A model generated the notes under the pieces. It was not told where the DNA came from, ran no database searches, and saw only the letters and a list, made by a program, of their open reading frames with translations. A stretch of DNA of 64,000 nt from an uncultured Hormoscilla sp. (GTDB taxonomy: Bacteria; Cyanobacteriota; Cyanobacteriia; Cyanobacteriales; Desertifilaceae): the NCBI GenBank assembly GCA_963921275.4, contig OZ001293.3, positions 5,248,001 through 5,312,000 on the forward strand, given 5' to 3'. A program made the position numbers and the translations under genes. How positions within the stretch are numbered: the stretch's first letter is position 1; each line of letters opens with the position of its first letter. Below, piece after piece: positions 48,386-60,099 of the stretch.

Positions 48386-48926
48386 CCAAGTTTACCGCAT
48401 CAGCGAATATAGATTTAGCAATACTGATGCGGTATTGTTCGATGTTAATATCTGGTTGTACATTTATGGACCGCCGGGTAATCGATATCCGCGATTACAA
48501 AGCACATATACTTTGGCACTCAGGCGAATTCGCAGTGTGCGAGGTCGCATATTTCTCGATGTGCTGGTACTGTCTGAATTCATTAATGCTTTCTCTCGAT
48601 TCATTTATAACGAATTACCACAAGTAAGAAAGCCAGCAGAGTTCAAAACTTTCCGCGACAGTGACTAGTTTAAGCCGTTGGCTGCCAAAATTGCTAGAAA
48701 GGCTGAGAAAATATTGGATAAGTGCGAACTGACGGAGAGTGGCTTGACATCGGTTAATCTGCGGGGTATCGTAAGAGAGTATGCAGCAGGCGAGTCTGAT
48801 TTTAATGACCAAGTGTTGGCGGAACTATGCAAGACTAAGGAACTGATATTGGTTACCCACGATACGGATTTCTCTGGCGATAATTTGACGATCCTTACGG
48901 CTAATCGGAGGTTGCTGCCTGAGTAG
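48378..48926 (+). pseudogene. PIN-domain protein with an in-frame TAG (48666-48668)
   Basis: VLFDVNIWL..VLSEFIN..DFND..LVTHDTDF. Confidence 0.8.
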
Positions 48927-49182
48927 GCGTCGGGTAAAATGGGCAAAGGGCGATCGCCGGCAGACCTTAAATGTAAAGGATATCCATTAGCCCGCGCCGG
49001 CGAGGGAGGGAACATGAGGCGCCATTATTGAGGGTGGGGGGAACAATCCACCGGCACTATGATAATTGATGGAGACTTAGCCCGCGCAGGGGGGCGAGGG
49101 AAAGGGAACAATTCACCTGCGCTATGATATCATTGATGAGACGATGTTAGAATAAACAGAGCAACCTGGGAGCAGCAAAGTT

Positions 49183-52100
49183 ATGGAAAATCCCTTGATT
49201 AACAACCGGTACCTTCTCTTCGACAACCCGAGATCGGGCGGGATGGCTGATGTTTATCAAGCCACGGACAGGAAGAAAGGGCCGCAGGAAGTCGTCGCCA
49301 TAAAGATATTCAAGAACCAAGAGATAGAGACAAAGTTTTTAGATGAGTCTTTCAAGCGCGAAACCCAAGCCCTGAAAGATTTAAAGCATCCTCACATTAT
49401 CGAACTCCTAGATTCAGGTCAGGAGGAAAGCACGGGTAACTACTTCCTCGTCCTGGAGTGGATGGAGAAGGACTTGAAAACATTTCTGGAAGAATCACCT
49501 GTAGAAGGATGGGATGAGTTCTGGGAAGACATCGGGTTACCGGTGCTGGAAGCGCTGGCTTTCTCCCACAATCGCGAAATCATTCACCGGGATATCAAGC
49601 CCAGCAACATTTTAGTGGCGAGTGACGGAACACTCAAACTCGCTGATTTCGGCATCTCTAAGCTCAGGAGATATCTGCAACAGAGCAATACCCTCAGAGA
49701 ATTTCGTTTGAACACCTTCACGCCGCCAGAGGATGACGACGGGACTTATACTTATACTCGCGATGTTTACAGTTTTGGAGTATTGGTACTGAAATATCTC
49801 ACGCAGGCGGAAATTGCAGATCGTGATGGCATTAATCAGGCACTGCAAGAGTTGAAGGCACAGGCATCGCCAGAAATCGTTAAAATCATCGAGCGTACTG
49901 TTTCCTTAGATCCCAAAAAGCGCCAGCAGAATGCTGATGTGCTGCTAGCTGAAATCAAGGCTGTCCAAGGAAAGAGAGCGCCAAGTGAGTCACGCAGGCA
50001 AAGCCGTTGTTACCTGACACTTACTAGGAAGGCGTTAAACAATCTTCAGAATCTACTCAAGAAATCTCAGGAAGAAATTGAAAGGATTGTCCTAGAAGAT
50101 TTGAATAGTGGGTGTGGAATCTCTCCTTTCAAGAAGGATGGAGAAGATCAAGAGAATCATTATTCGATATTTGGGTACTCATACAGATATCACGTGGCCA
50201 CAGAACAATATAAGTTAGTTGTCATTAACGCTGAAGATTTTTCCAGCGCTACTCTCGAAAAATATCGAGAACGTGCCTGGTCTCCACCCTATGAATTCAG
50301 ATTTGACGACAATCCTCCGAGAAGATGGGAAGCAGAGGAAGTTATTTGGGAATTGAGACAAGAGGTAGAAGGGCATGAAGCAAATCGGCGCCAGAGAAGA
50401 GCAGAAGAAGAAAAGCAGCGCATATTCCGAGTTTGGAGCGATCTTCTGAAAGCGAAGAAAGATTGGGAGGAGAATCGAGAAAAACCGCTGAAATACAGGA
50501 GCTTTAAACCGGAGGGGCATGGCAATCAGGTAATCTTTAAGTTATCAGAACTACTAGAAGATGATGTTGTTCCACAACCCCGCCACGTGAAAGGGTTCGA
50601 TGGACGTAGCATTTTGCGGGGAGAGGTAGTGGAAGTCAATGGCGATGAATTGTATCTCTCTGTGAGCGATGGAGAAATAGACGAACTCCCACAAACAGGC
50701 GAATTGCTTTTCGATAATATTGCGGCGCTTGATGCATTAAGACGTCAAGAGAATGCTGTAGATGCGATTAAATACGATCAGGGGGTACGGGCGGATCTTC
50801 GGAATTTACTGGTCAATCCTGAAGCAGTCCATACTCCCGAGTTACCAGCAGCAGTGGAATTTTTGGATGCCAAACTCAACCCATCACAGCAAGAGGTGGT
50901 GAAGGCGGCATTGGGAACGGCAGATTTTTTGATAGTCCAAGGACCGCCGGGGACGGGAAAGACGACATTTATTACAGAAGTTATCCGACAAACTCTTCAG
51001 CAAAATCCTGATGCCAGAATTTTGCTGAGTTCCCAGACTCACGTAGCACTGGATAACGCCCTAGAACGAATTCTAGCTCTCAATCCTGATTTGAAAATGG
51101 TGCGACTCGGCAACCGTTCCAGGGTGTCAGATACGATTCACTCTCTCTTGCTGGAAGAACAGATGGAACGGTGGAGGGAGGAGGTGAGGGATCGCAGCCA
51201 GGAGTTTCTGGACAATTTGTCGGCAGAGAGAGGGTTCTCTCAAAATGATATTCATGATCTTAAAGTCGCGACCCTTTTGCAAGAGTTGAAAGCCAAGCTG
51301 ACAAAGATTGAATATATGAGAACAGAACGGGAAAGTCGGAAACAGGAGAAATATAATATTCAGGTTGAACAGACTGATGAAGATCGAGAAAAGAGCAAAC
51401 GTCTGTCGCGAGAGATTGAAGAGTTAGAGGAGGAGTCAAAGTCAGCCCGTAAGGAGCAAAGGGAAGTGGCTAAACGCCTGCAAGCATTAAGTGGAATTGA
51501 CGAACGGGAGCTATTAAAGCTATCATCTGAGGAATTATATCTGCGGATCGATGAGTTGCTAGATCAAAATGACCCCGATGCTAAGATGATTCAACAACTG
51601 CTGAAACTGCAAGCAGATTGGTTCGAGTGCTTCGGGCGCAGTTATCAATTTAAAGCCGCTTTGATTAAGCGATCGTCTGTTGTCGCTGGAACCTGTATCG
51701 GCATTGCCAGATACATTCAGGACATAGAATTAGACCTTTGCATTATTGATGAGGCTTCCAAAGCTCTGGTCACAGAAGTGCTGGTGCCAATGGCGCGATC
51801 GCGTCGGTGGATACTGGTAGGCGACCCCAAGCAACTGCCACCCTTCCAAGATGAAGCCAGTCGGGATACGGAGCTTCTGAATAGGTACGAGCTCAGTTAC
51901 GAGGAGATCCGAGAAACCTTGTTCGATCGGCTGCTGGGGACTCTCCCGGAAGCTTGTCGAAAGATGCTCGCCATTCAACATCGGATGGTAGCACCAATTG
52001 GCAATCTGATCGGCGAGTGCTTTTATGAAGGTCAGCTCAAAAGTGCTAGGACCGATATAGATGAAAACCTCGGTCAAGTTTTACGGCAACCGGTTACCTG

Positions 52101-52614
52101 GTTGACAACAAGCAAACTTAAAAATTGTCGCGAACAGGCTGCTAACTATAGTTATAATAATGCCACTGAGGTCAAGGTCATAGTCAAGGCGATCGAACAG
52201 CTCAATGTCATGGCAGAATCGGCTCAGAAAAAATACAGCATTGCTGTCTTGAGTGGGTACGCAGCACAGTTAGAATTACTCAATCGCAAACTATCTTCAA
52301 AAAGAAAAGTCTGGGAAGATTTGACATTCGAGTGCAACACGGTGGACGCCTTCCAAGGGCGGGAAGCAGATATTGTCATTTATTCCGTGACTCGTTCTAA
52401 CGAAGAAAACCAAATAGGTTTCCTGAAGGATGAAGCGCGACTCAATGTCGCTTTATCCCGAGGTCGAGTTGGTTTAGTCATCGTAGGAGATCACCATTTT
52501 TGTCGTAACCTACCTACTGACAGCCCGTTACGTCGAGTTCTTGATTACATCGAGAGGCACACCGTTCCGGAAAAATCAGACGGTTGCCAATTGATAGAAG
52601 CTACGTTATCATAG
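49183..52614 (+). CDS. Ser/Thr kinase fused to SF1 (Upf1/Dna2-like) helicase; Mokosh MkoA-like
   Basis: Kinase VAIK, HRDIKPSN, DFG; helicase QGPPGTGKT, DEASK, GDPKQL, QHRM, TVDAFQGRE, RLNVALSR. Confidence 0.9.
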   Translation: MENPLINNRYLLFDNPRSGGMADVYQATDRKKGPQEVVAIKIFKNQEIETKFLDESFKRETQALKDLKHPHIIELLDSGQEESTGNYFLVLEWMEKDLKTFLEESPVEGWDEFWEDIGLPVLEALAFSHNREIIHRDIKPSNILVASDGTLKLADFGISKLRRYLQQSNTLREFRLNTFTPPEDDDGTYTYTRDVYSFGVLVLKYLTQAEIADRDGINQALQELKAQASPEIVKIIERTVSLDPKKRQQNADVLLAEIKAVQGKRAPSESRRQSRCYLTLTRKALNNLQNLLKKSQEEIERIVLEDLNSGCGISPFKKDGEDQENHYSIFGYSYRYHVATEQYKLVVINAEDFSSATLEKYRERAWSPPYEFRFDDNPPRRWEAEEVIWELRQEVEGHEANRRQRRAEEEKQRIFRVWSDLLKAKKDWEENREKPLKYRSFKPEGHGNQVIFKLSELLEDDVVPQPRHVKGFDGRSILRGEVVEVNGDELYLSVSDGEIDELPQTGELLFDNIAALDALRRQENAVDAIKYDQGVRADLRNLLVNPEAVHTPELPAAVEFLDAKLNPSQQEVVKAALGTADFLIVQGPPGTGKTTFITEVIRQTLQQNPDARILLSSQTHVALDNALERILALNPDLKMVRLGNRSRVSDTIHSLLLEEQMERWREEVRDRSQEFLDNLSAERGFSQNDIHDLKVATLLQELKAKLTKIEYMRTERESRKQEKYNIQVEQTDEDREKSKRLSREIEELEEESKSARKEQREVAKRLQALSGIDERELLKLSSEELYLRIDELLDQNDPDAKMIQQLLKLQADWFECFGRSYQFKAALIKRSSVVAGTCIGIARYIQDIELDLCIIDEASKALVTEVLVPMARSRRWILVGDPKQLPPFQDEASRDTELLNRYELSYEEIRETLFDRLLGTLPEACRKMLAIQHRMVAPIGNLIGECFYEGQLKSARTDIDENLGQVLRQPVTWLTTSKLKNCREQAANYSYNNATEVKVIVKAIEQLNVMAESAQKKYSIAVLSGYAAQLELLNRKLSSKRKVWEDLTFECNTVDAFQGREADIVIYSVTRSNEENQIGFLKDEARLNVALSRGRVGLVIVGDHHFCRNLPTDSPLRRVLDYIERHTVPEKSDGCQLIEATLS

Positions 52615-52782
52615 TTTCTGTAGGTTGGGTAGAGTCGCCGCCGCCCTCACCCGTTCCCAGGCGGGAGCCAGGGAACGAGGGGTCCGGCTACAGAAACAAA
52701 GCAATCTAGATTACAAAAGTGAGAGGCACGAAACTCAACTGCATACATCGCTACGGAAAATAGATTTAGTGGGAGCGTTTTT

Positions 52783-54272
52783 ATGAATTCACAAAAATCA
52801 ACAGATATTACCCCAAAAGAACTGAAGCGCTACGACAACCGACCGGGTTTTGACTTGGTTAGCAGTAGAAAAGTCGGGTTACCAGTGTATAAAGTCACCC
52901 TGCAAGCGATCTGCCAGATCCGCAAACAAATTCCCCGATCGAAGAATATGTCTTGAAAGCAATGGATGCCGGATTTAATTCAGAAGACATTGGCGATTTT
53001 CTCGGTCTCGAACAGGAAATTATCAAAGATGCAATGATTAATCTGAGGAGGAGTGAAGATATTGACCTCATCGCCCCTGAAGGATCTTCGATGCAAGTGT
53101 GGTAATTGACCCAAAAAGGTAAAATAACCCTAAAAGAGGCTCAAACTATTGTCCCGGAGGAGCGCACCTTCGATATCGACTTTGATGGACTGCTGCGTAA
53201 AGCCCGCTGGTACGGACAATGGTTACTCAAACCGGGAGACTTGCGCCAGGACGGAATTATAGAAATTGACCCCTCTCCCAATAAACCCCCAGAATTGCCT
53301 GACATCAAACTCAAGGATGTGGACGCAATTATCAGCGAATTAGAACAGAAGAGAAGGAGGAAGCAAGAGCAGCAAGAGCAGCAAGATTTGCTAGCTTTGA
53401 AAGCCATTGAGCGCAAGTCTAGATTTTTTCAACCCGCCTTGGCATTAATCTATAAAGCTAAAGAAAGTGACGAGGTGCAAGTGGCGTTCGCGATCGATGG
53501 CCTCCGTTCTGACAAACATGAAGAAGTCTTTGCCCATAGCCGTCAGAAACTCAGAATTTCAGAGTCTCTTAAGGAAAGCGAACCTGGTACGCTAGCTGAA
53601 GAAGTTTTTGGCTCTGAATTGATTACCCAAGATCTGCTAGAAGAAGCAGAGGAACTGCAACAGAAGTTGGATTCTGCTCAAGTTGAACTAGATACGAGTC
53701 AAGAGGAACTTGAAAAAGCTGAGAACGATCGGGAAAACGCTGACTTCCAGCAAAAAATTAGCGATCTCCAGCAGAAACTTGAGTCTCTGAAAAAACAGGT
53801 TGAGCAGCGTCCAGTTCGGTTTTTGAAAGTTTACGACCACCCGCCTATGCTGCAAAAGGCTATTTCTCATAGCCAAGAACGTCTGATGATTATCTCTCCT
53901 TGGATTCGAGCTAATGTAGTTGATAAAAAGTTTCTGCAAGCATTTGAAAAAATGCTCAAGCGTCGGGTGGAAGTTTTCATTGGCTACGGTTTGGGAAATG
54001 AAGATAAAAACATGTCAGAAGATGACAGGAAAGCCGAGAAGGAGCTGAAAAAATTAGCTAGTAAGTACAAGAATTTTTGGCTGGAACGCCTGGGAAATAC
54101 TCACGCAAAAACCCTCATATGCGATACCAAATTTGCAGTCACTACGAGTTTTAACTGGCTTTCCTTCAAGGGAGACCCCGATCGCACGTTTCGGGACGAA
54201 CGGGGAACCCTTGTATCTATCCCCAAAAATATAAATGAGCTGTTCGCCAGCTACAGGAAGGAATTTGACTAG
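52783..54272 (+). pseudogene. PLD (single HKD) nuclease, Mokosh MkoB-like, disrupted
   Basis: ATG 52783; frameshift near 52935; in-frame TAA 53103-53105; C-terminal IISPWI..THAKTLICD..TSFNWLS in ORF 53106-54272. Confidence 0.8.
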
Positions 54273-54469
54273 GGAAGGCGCCTCGGGACTGCGATCGAGA
54301 ACTACATAGCCCGCGCAGGCGGGCTTTGTTCATGTAGCCCCACCCTTGAGGGTGGGGGTAAAACAATTCACCTGCGCTATGATATAATTGATGATACGAT
54401 GTTATAATAGAAATACGCTATCTAGCCATAGCCAAGTTATGTCAGATATAGGAAGCTGCCTAACTGATT

Positions 54470-54769
54470 TTGATGAAGTCATCAAGGACAAACGATTACA
54501 TGGAGAGTAAACTAGACAATAGTATGTGTAAAATGAATACACACAAGCTAACATTAGAGATGTCAGAAAAGCTTTTTCAGGAATTAACCTTGTTGGCAGA
54601 TATGACGGAAGAATCTGTAGAATATTTAGCAGTCCGCCTTATTGCTACTAGAGTGCCATCATTACTGGAAAAAGAACGTAAATTCAATGAATTGCTAGAA
54701 GAAATTAAACCTGATACCATACATGGTGAAATAGGATTGTCAGAAACAAGAGAATATGAACTCCGATAA
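54470..54769 (+). CDS. Putative MazE-like antitoxin
   Basis: C-terminal ELLEEIKPDTIHGEI like MazE; overlaps mazF; start uncertain. Confidence 0.7.
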   Translation: MMKSSRTNDYMESKLDNSMCKMNTHKLTLEMSEKLFQELTLLADMTEESVEYLAVRLIATRVPSLLEKERKFNELLEEIKPDTIHGEIGLSETREYELR

Positions 54770-55106
54770 TTCTCAGTTGTACGTTCCGCGTCAGGGAGAT
54801 ATCATTTGGCTCAACTTTACCCCTCAAGCTGGACGGGAACAAGCAGGTCGCCGTCCAGCACTGGTGCTTTCAAAAACGCGATACAATCGTCGAGTTGGAC
54901 TCGCTTTGGTCTGTCCCATCACTAACCAGGTAAAAGGTTACCGTTTTGAAGTATTGATTCCAGAAGGATTGGTTATATCAGGAGTAGTTTTAGCAGATCA
55001 AATTATATCATTGGATTGGCAAGCAAGACAAGCAGAGTTTGCTTGTCAAGTAACCCCGGAAGTGATGACTGAAGTGGTTACTAAGTTAACTAACATATTA
55101 GCATGA
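54756..55106 (+). CDS. mazF: MazF endoribonuclease toxin
   Basis: YVP..GDIIWLNFTPQAGREQAGRRPALVLS..YN. Confidence 0.92.
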   Translation: MNSDNSQLYVPRQGDIIWLNFTPQAGREQAGRRPALVLSKTRYNRRVGLALVCPITNQVKGYRFEVLIPEGLVISGVVLADQIISLDWQARQAEFACQVTPEVMTEVVTKLTNILA

Positions 55107-55327
55107 ACATATCTTAGTCCAGAAGAACAGGTTACGACGAAAACCGACAGGGTTTTGATTTCGTTAGCAGTTACGCGCACTGCGTAAAAGCGCCCTTCGT
55201 AACCCACCGGGTCAGGTCAGCGTAACCCCAGCCCGGTCCAGCGGGTCGTTCGTCTATTATCGCTATCCGTCCGGAACATAAGCGCGATCGCGAGTTCTTG
55301 GAATCATGATATCCTCCGAACACGAAT

Positions 55328-56812
55328 GTGTCGTGTAGGAATATGATATTATCTGCTTTGAAGTCTCAAACTTCCGCTCGTCTAGACCAGTCCATATCTA
55401 TGACTCCGCCAGTATCCCCTCAGAATGTGAATCTCCAAACTTGGGCTCCCTTGACTTTGCCCGCAACCCCCCTATTTGGCACCGATGGCATTCGCGGTCA
55501 AGCGGGAGAGTTGCTAACTGCGCCCTTAGCTTTGCAGGTGGGTTTCTGGGCCGGTCATGTGCTCAGAAATCATGCCCGCAGTGGGGGTACAATTATTATC
55601 GGTCAAGATTCGCGAAACTCCAGCGATATGCTGGCTATGTCTCTGTCCGCAGGTTTAACCGCTGCTGGGTTAGAAGTATGGAATGTCGGACTATGTCCGA
55701 CTCCCGGCGTGGCCTATCTCACCGCAGCTACTGGGGCCCTGTCCGGTGTGATGATTTCCGCTAGCCACAACCCCCCAGAAGATAACGGCATTAAGTTTTT
55801 TGATGCCGATGGATCTAAGCTATCCCAGACTTTACAGGATGCTATTGATGCTGCCCTGCGCGGACACCCAGATATTGCCACTTCCCACAGCCCTTGGGGA
55901 CGGCATTATCATCGACCTGAGTTGATCGATCGCTATATTGAGTCTTTAACTACATCCAGTCAGGGCCAGTCGCAGGGGATGCGCATTGTCTTAGATTTAG
56001 CTTGGGGTGCGGCAGTGCCAGTGGCCCCGGCCATCTTCCGGGCGATCGGGGCTGAAGTGATCTGCATTCACGACCGGGCGGACGGCGATCGCATCAATGT
56101 CAACTGCGGTTCCACCCACCTGGGGGCTCTGCAAGCTGCGGTGCTAGAGTACAATGCCGATCTGGGAATTGCCTTTGATGGGGATGCCGATCGGGCGATC
56201 GCGGTAGACAAGAAGGGCCGACCAGTCAACGGGGATTATATCCTCTACCTGTGGGGTCAAACCCTGCGCCAAGCCCAACAGTTGCCCGCCAACACCATTG
56301 TTTCTACAGTCATGGCCAACCTGGGGTTCCAGCGGGCCTGGGAACGGCAAGGGGGCCAATTAATCCGCACCCCTGTGGGCGATCGGCACGTCCAGGCGGA
56401 GATGGTGAAAACCGGTGCCATGCTGGGGGGCGAACAATCAGGACATATCCTCTGTCGCCATTACAGCGTCACGGGAGACGGACCCTTAACAGCTTTGCAC
56501 CTAGCCACATTGGTAGCAGCATCAGGAGTAACCCTGTCAGAATTGGTAGATCGGAGTTTCCAGACCTATCCCCAACTGCTGCGCAACGTGCGGGTAGAAG
56601 ACCGCCAGACTAGACTAAACTGGCAGCAGTGCCAGCCATTACAGCGGGCGATCGACCGTGCCAGCCAGGCCCTGGGGGACTCTGGGCGAGTCCTCGTGCG
56701 CGCTTCTGGCACAGAACCCGTCATCCGGGTTATGGTAGAAGCAGATAGGTCAGACCTTACCAGTTTGTGGGCCGAAAATCTCGTGCTAGCGGTGCAGCAA
56801 CATCTAGCATAG
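55328..56812 (+). CDS. glmM: Phosphoglucosamine mutase
   Basis: [21 protein letters not shown] and GGEQSGH motifs; start may be ~55400. Confidence 0.95.
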   Translation: MSCRNMILSALKSQTSARLDQSISMTPPVSPQNVNLQTWAPLTLPATPLFGTDGIRGQAGELLTAPLALQVGFWAGHVLRNHARSGGTIIIGQDSRNSSDMLAMSLSAGLTAAGLEVWNVGLCPTPGVAYLTAATGALSGVMISASHNPPEDNGIKFFDADGSKLSQTLQDAIDAALRGHPDIATSHSPWGRHYHRPELIDRYIESLTTSSQGQSQGMRIVLDLAWGAAVPVAPAIFRAIGAEVICIHDRADGDRINVNCGSTHLGALQAAVLEYNADLGIAFDGDADRAIAVDKKGRPVNGDYILYLWGQTLRQAQQLPANTIVSTVMANLGFQRAWERQGGQLIRTPVGDRHVQAEMVKTGAMLGGEQSGHILCRHYSVTGDGPLTALHLATLVAASGVTLSELVDRSFQTYPQLLRNVRVEDRQTRLNWQQCQPLQRAIDRASQALGDSGRVLVRASGTEPVIRVMVEADRSDLTSLWAENLVLAVQQHLA

Positions 56813-57128
56813 TGCATCTCTACGCTGTTGCTGTATAGTGGGATAAGTAGGGGGCGATCGATCGCTTATAGCTAAGGAAAGAAATGCTTTCAGCTAGCTA
56901 GAAGCCATGCCGAAAACCAAGCTCAAGTCTAAGGTAAAATCACAGCAGCAGGCCAACCCCCAAACCCCAACTCTGTATCCCTTGCGGGAGCGCAGCGCAT
57001 ATCCCTTGCGGGAGCGTAGCCATGTAAGAAAGAGTTGGCGGCCCAAAAGCGGAAAGCAGCTAATATACGCAGAGAACTGATAGGCGCGATCGCGTAGCGT
57101 GCGCGCAGCGCATTCGGCCAATCTCCGC

Positions 57129-57549
57129 TCATGGCGATATAGGAGAACGCACAACGCGAATCAGCTTGCCTTGCAAATCTGATTCTGCTGTAATCACAAT
57201 ATGGATTCGGTTAGCCAGCGCCTCCCAATCGCGATTATTCGTACAGGCGATGATGCCAGCATGATCGGGCTGTACGCGGTGCAACCGAAAGAAATCTTTA
57301 CGGTTCTGGGTAATAACAGCACGTTTGGAGCTAGTTGCAAAAGCTAACACATCCGTATCCCTTGCGGGAGCGCGCAGCGCATATCCCTTGCGGGAGCGCA
57401 GCGCATATCCCTTGCGGGAGCGCAGCCATGTCGGAAATTCTCTGATTTGCTTTGCCTGCTTCTTGAACAGTTAAAACATCGTGTCCCAAAGCTCGCAGCA
57501 ATTCGACAACGGGATAGGGATATTGCTCATCGGCATATAGACGTGCCAT
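57129..57549 (-). pseudogene. DUF5615 PIN-like toxin disrupted by a short-repeat array (57355-57429)
   Basis: MARLYADEQ..LRALGHDV | VLAFATSSKRAVITQNRKDF..HAGII. Confidence 0.8.
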
Positions 57550-57552
57550 GGG

Positions 57553-57917
57553 CTACAACTCCTCGTACATCACTTCATCGTTTTCGGCGATCTCTGTTTC
57601 AATTTCATCGGGGAAAGCTATGGCTACGCTCCCGCAAGGGATACGGCATAGGCCCAAGCCTTAGCAATATCAGTAGCTTCTATAGATGGATAGCTCGTGA
57701 GTAAGTCGGCTTCGCTATAGCCAAGCCGACGAGCTTCTACAAGCCCCCAAACGGTCATGCGAGTTCCAGCAATACAGGCACTACCGCCACAAACACCAGG
57801 GGTTTTTTCAATACCCCGCCCCAGGGTGATTTTGCCTTTAGATAGCAGTTGAACGACTTGAGCTTTTTCTTCGTCAGAGAGTGCCAGCAGTTGAGGCTCT
57901 AATTCTTTCAGCGTCAT
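57553..57917 (-). pseudogene. DUF433 antitoxin disrupted by a short repeat (57620-57644)
   Basis: PGVCGGSACIAGTR..YP; the repeat introduces TAG; tail FPDEIETEIAEND. Confidence 0.8.
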
Positions 57918-58403
57918 GGCCAACAATGGAATTACGGCTACTTACTATTATGTCTATTGTCCAAACAAGGGATGCCTATATAGCGGTTTTCACCCACGCG
58001 CGTGGTCTATCTCTGACGAAGGCACTCTTGGCACAGAAGCGCTCAGGGCCAATTCTTCTGTACCTCATCAGCGCCGAATACGCTATAATCGAATATGAAG
58101 TTATACGACCTGGATGCAATATTTGAAGATTTGCGCAAAAAGCAGAACGCTCCCATGCGAAAAATTTGTGAGTCTTCCAATCAAGCGGAGACCTCGCAGC
58201 AAGTCTTGGGAACATACCGGTCCACAATAGTCGATCGGGTGCCGCAGGCGATCGCCCCACCCACACAGCAGGCGAATGCGCTGCGCGCACGCGTAGCGTG
58301 CGCGCCTCATCTTGCTGCCGGTGCGATCGTTCCACCTCAACCAAGGGCGATCGCTTCTTTTCAAGTTTGACCGCACTTTGCAAACTCAAGAATTAACTCT
58401 CAC

Positions 58404-58802
58404 GAATTACTTGCCCAAAGAATAGAAACATCGCTGTATTGCTTAAAGATTGAATCAGCAGTCACAAGGATCATGTCCTCCATTTGATCTTGGGCAATCA
58501 GCATTCGATCGCTCTTGATTTCGATGATGTAATGGTAATGCAGCTGCTCGTAACGCATGAGCTGTTGTAATTTCCAGAGATCGCATACCTAATTCCGCCA
58601 TGGGACTATAAATGTAGGTATCTATCGGTTCTGGCAGAGGCAACTTTCCAATCGCCACTTTTATACCTATTTCCCAGACACTAGCAACAGAGAACCACAA
58701 TTCATTCGTTTCATCAGCAATTTGCGCGATTGCATTTTCACATCTTAGCTCTGGTTGGACAAACCACCACAACCAGCACTGGGTATCCAGCAATAGTTTC
58801 AC
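58404..58802 (-). pseudogene. vapC: VapC/PIN toxin, 3' frameshifted
   Basis: MKLLLDTQCWLW..SVWEI.IK...LPLHHR, then DRMLIAQ in another frame. Confidence 0.8.
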
Positions 58803-59072
58803 TGTTCATCCCCCGAGAATGCTGCTAAAATATCTGTTGGCAAAGGAGCGTTAAAGTCCTCTGGCAGGAGAAATTGCCCTCGATTTCTTTCCCTAAACTA
58901 GCTCGTCGATTAGATGAAGTCCGAAATGGAACCAACTTGGCAATGGGAATGCCTTGGTTTGAAATAATGATTTCTTCTCCAAGTTCTACACGGGACAATA
59001 TCCGTGAGAGATTCCTTTCGCAGTCAGGGATGTTTACAGTTTCCACGTCCGCGTAGCGTGCGCGCAGCGCAT
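58799..59072 (-). pseudogene. Phd/YefM antitoxin with a short repeat at its start and a 3' frameshift
   Basis: ETVNI...NLSRILSRVELGEEIIISNQGIPIAKLVP. Confidence 0.75.
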
Positions 59073-59239
59073 TCTTAAAAAAATTCCCTTAATATTCTTC
59101 TTGCGCTCGAATAAAAACCTGATTTTTTTATCTGAAAAATGCGATCGCGCCTTCTTTCCGTCCAGTTAAGAAGATAGAAAGCGATCGCGTAGCGTGCGCG
59201 CAGCGCATTCTCTTCCTACAAAGCTAAGTATGATATTTC

Positions 59240-60028
59240 TGTTGTGACTTAACTATCTATTTATTCCCGCCCTGATAATTGCCTTCTCATAAGCGGCATC
59301 CTGTTCGTCAAAACTCAGAATTGCTACCCTTTTCGGAGCTGGTTTCTCATAAATTCGGTAAACTAGCTTGTAAGCGTTAGGGTTGCTTTCCTATTCAATA
59401 TCCAAGACCCTATACCCCTTTAACCTTCTCTGCAAAATATGGTTGTGAAAACCTTCACGAACCTAAGGGGTCAGTCTTTAAAATAGGCTGAAAAACCTCT
59501 GTGAAGTCTGACTGTAGTTCTGGGGGGAGGTTTAGCAAGTCTTCAGCGTTTACTCCTCGGTGAATCTGTATCCCTTGCGGGAGCGCGCAGCGCATATCCC
59601 TTGCGGGAGCGTAGCCATGCGCAGATATCTCGATCGCGTAGCGTGCGCGCAGCGCATTCTTGTAGCCACGTTGTCTAATCCTTTCCCTGACAGCTTCCAG
59701 ATTTATTGGTACTTCCCCGACCGTTTCCCATTCCACATAATCCGGCCATTCCTCGTCTTCTGGTAAATCAGAATCATCGTAATCAGTCAGATGGTAATCT
59801 TGTTGTGTGACTTTCAATCCCAGATCTGTAGCTTGAATGATACGCTGTAGCAGATCCCGATGCGATCGCATATCGGTAGGGGCTACTTCCAGTTCCATGT
59901 TTAGCTTACCCAACAGGGTTTCTAGGTAACCTGCAACAGCAGCTAAGGGATGCCGGACAACTTTCTGTTCGCGTAGCGTGCAGCACGCAGCGCGAATGCG
60001 CTGCGTGGCGTAGCCATGCGGTTTCCAT
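59240..60028 (-). pseudogene. Putative antitoxin plus RelE-like toxin pair, fused or disrupted by short repeats
   Basis: Acidic ORF, then DLLNLPPELQ..ILKTDP..HILQRRLRGYR..YKLVYRIYE with stops. Confidence 0.55.
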
Positions 60029-60099
60029 AGCCAGTTCCTTTACTTTACCCTATCAGTCTATCATATTTTTGACTTGTACTAAATATTAAGACAATTACT

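Noticed and set aside
57355..57429. CRISPR-like array of ~24-nt repeats
   Set aside because: No unique spacers and no cas genes; these are tandem short dispersed repeats inside a gene
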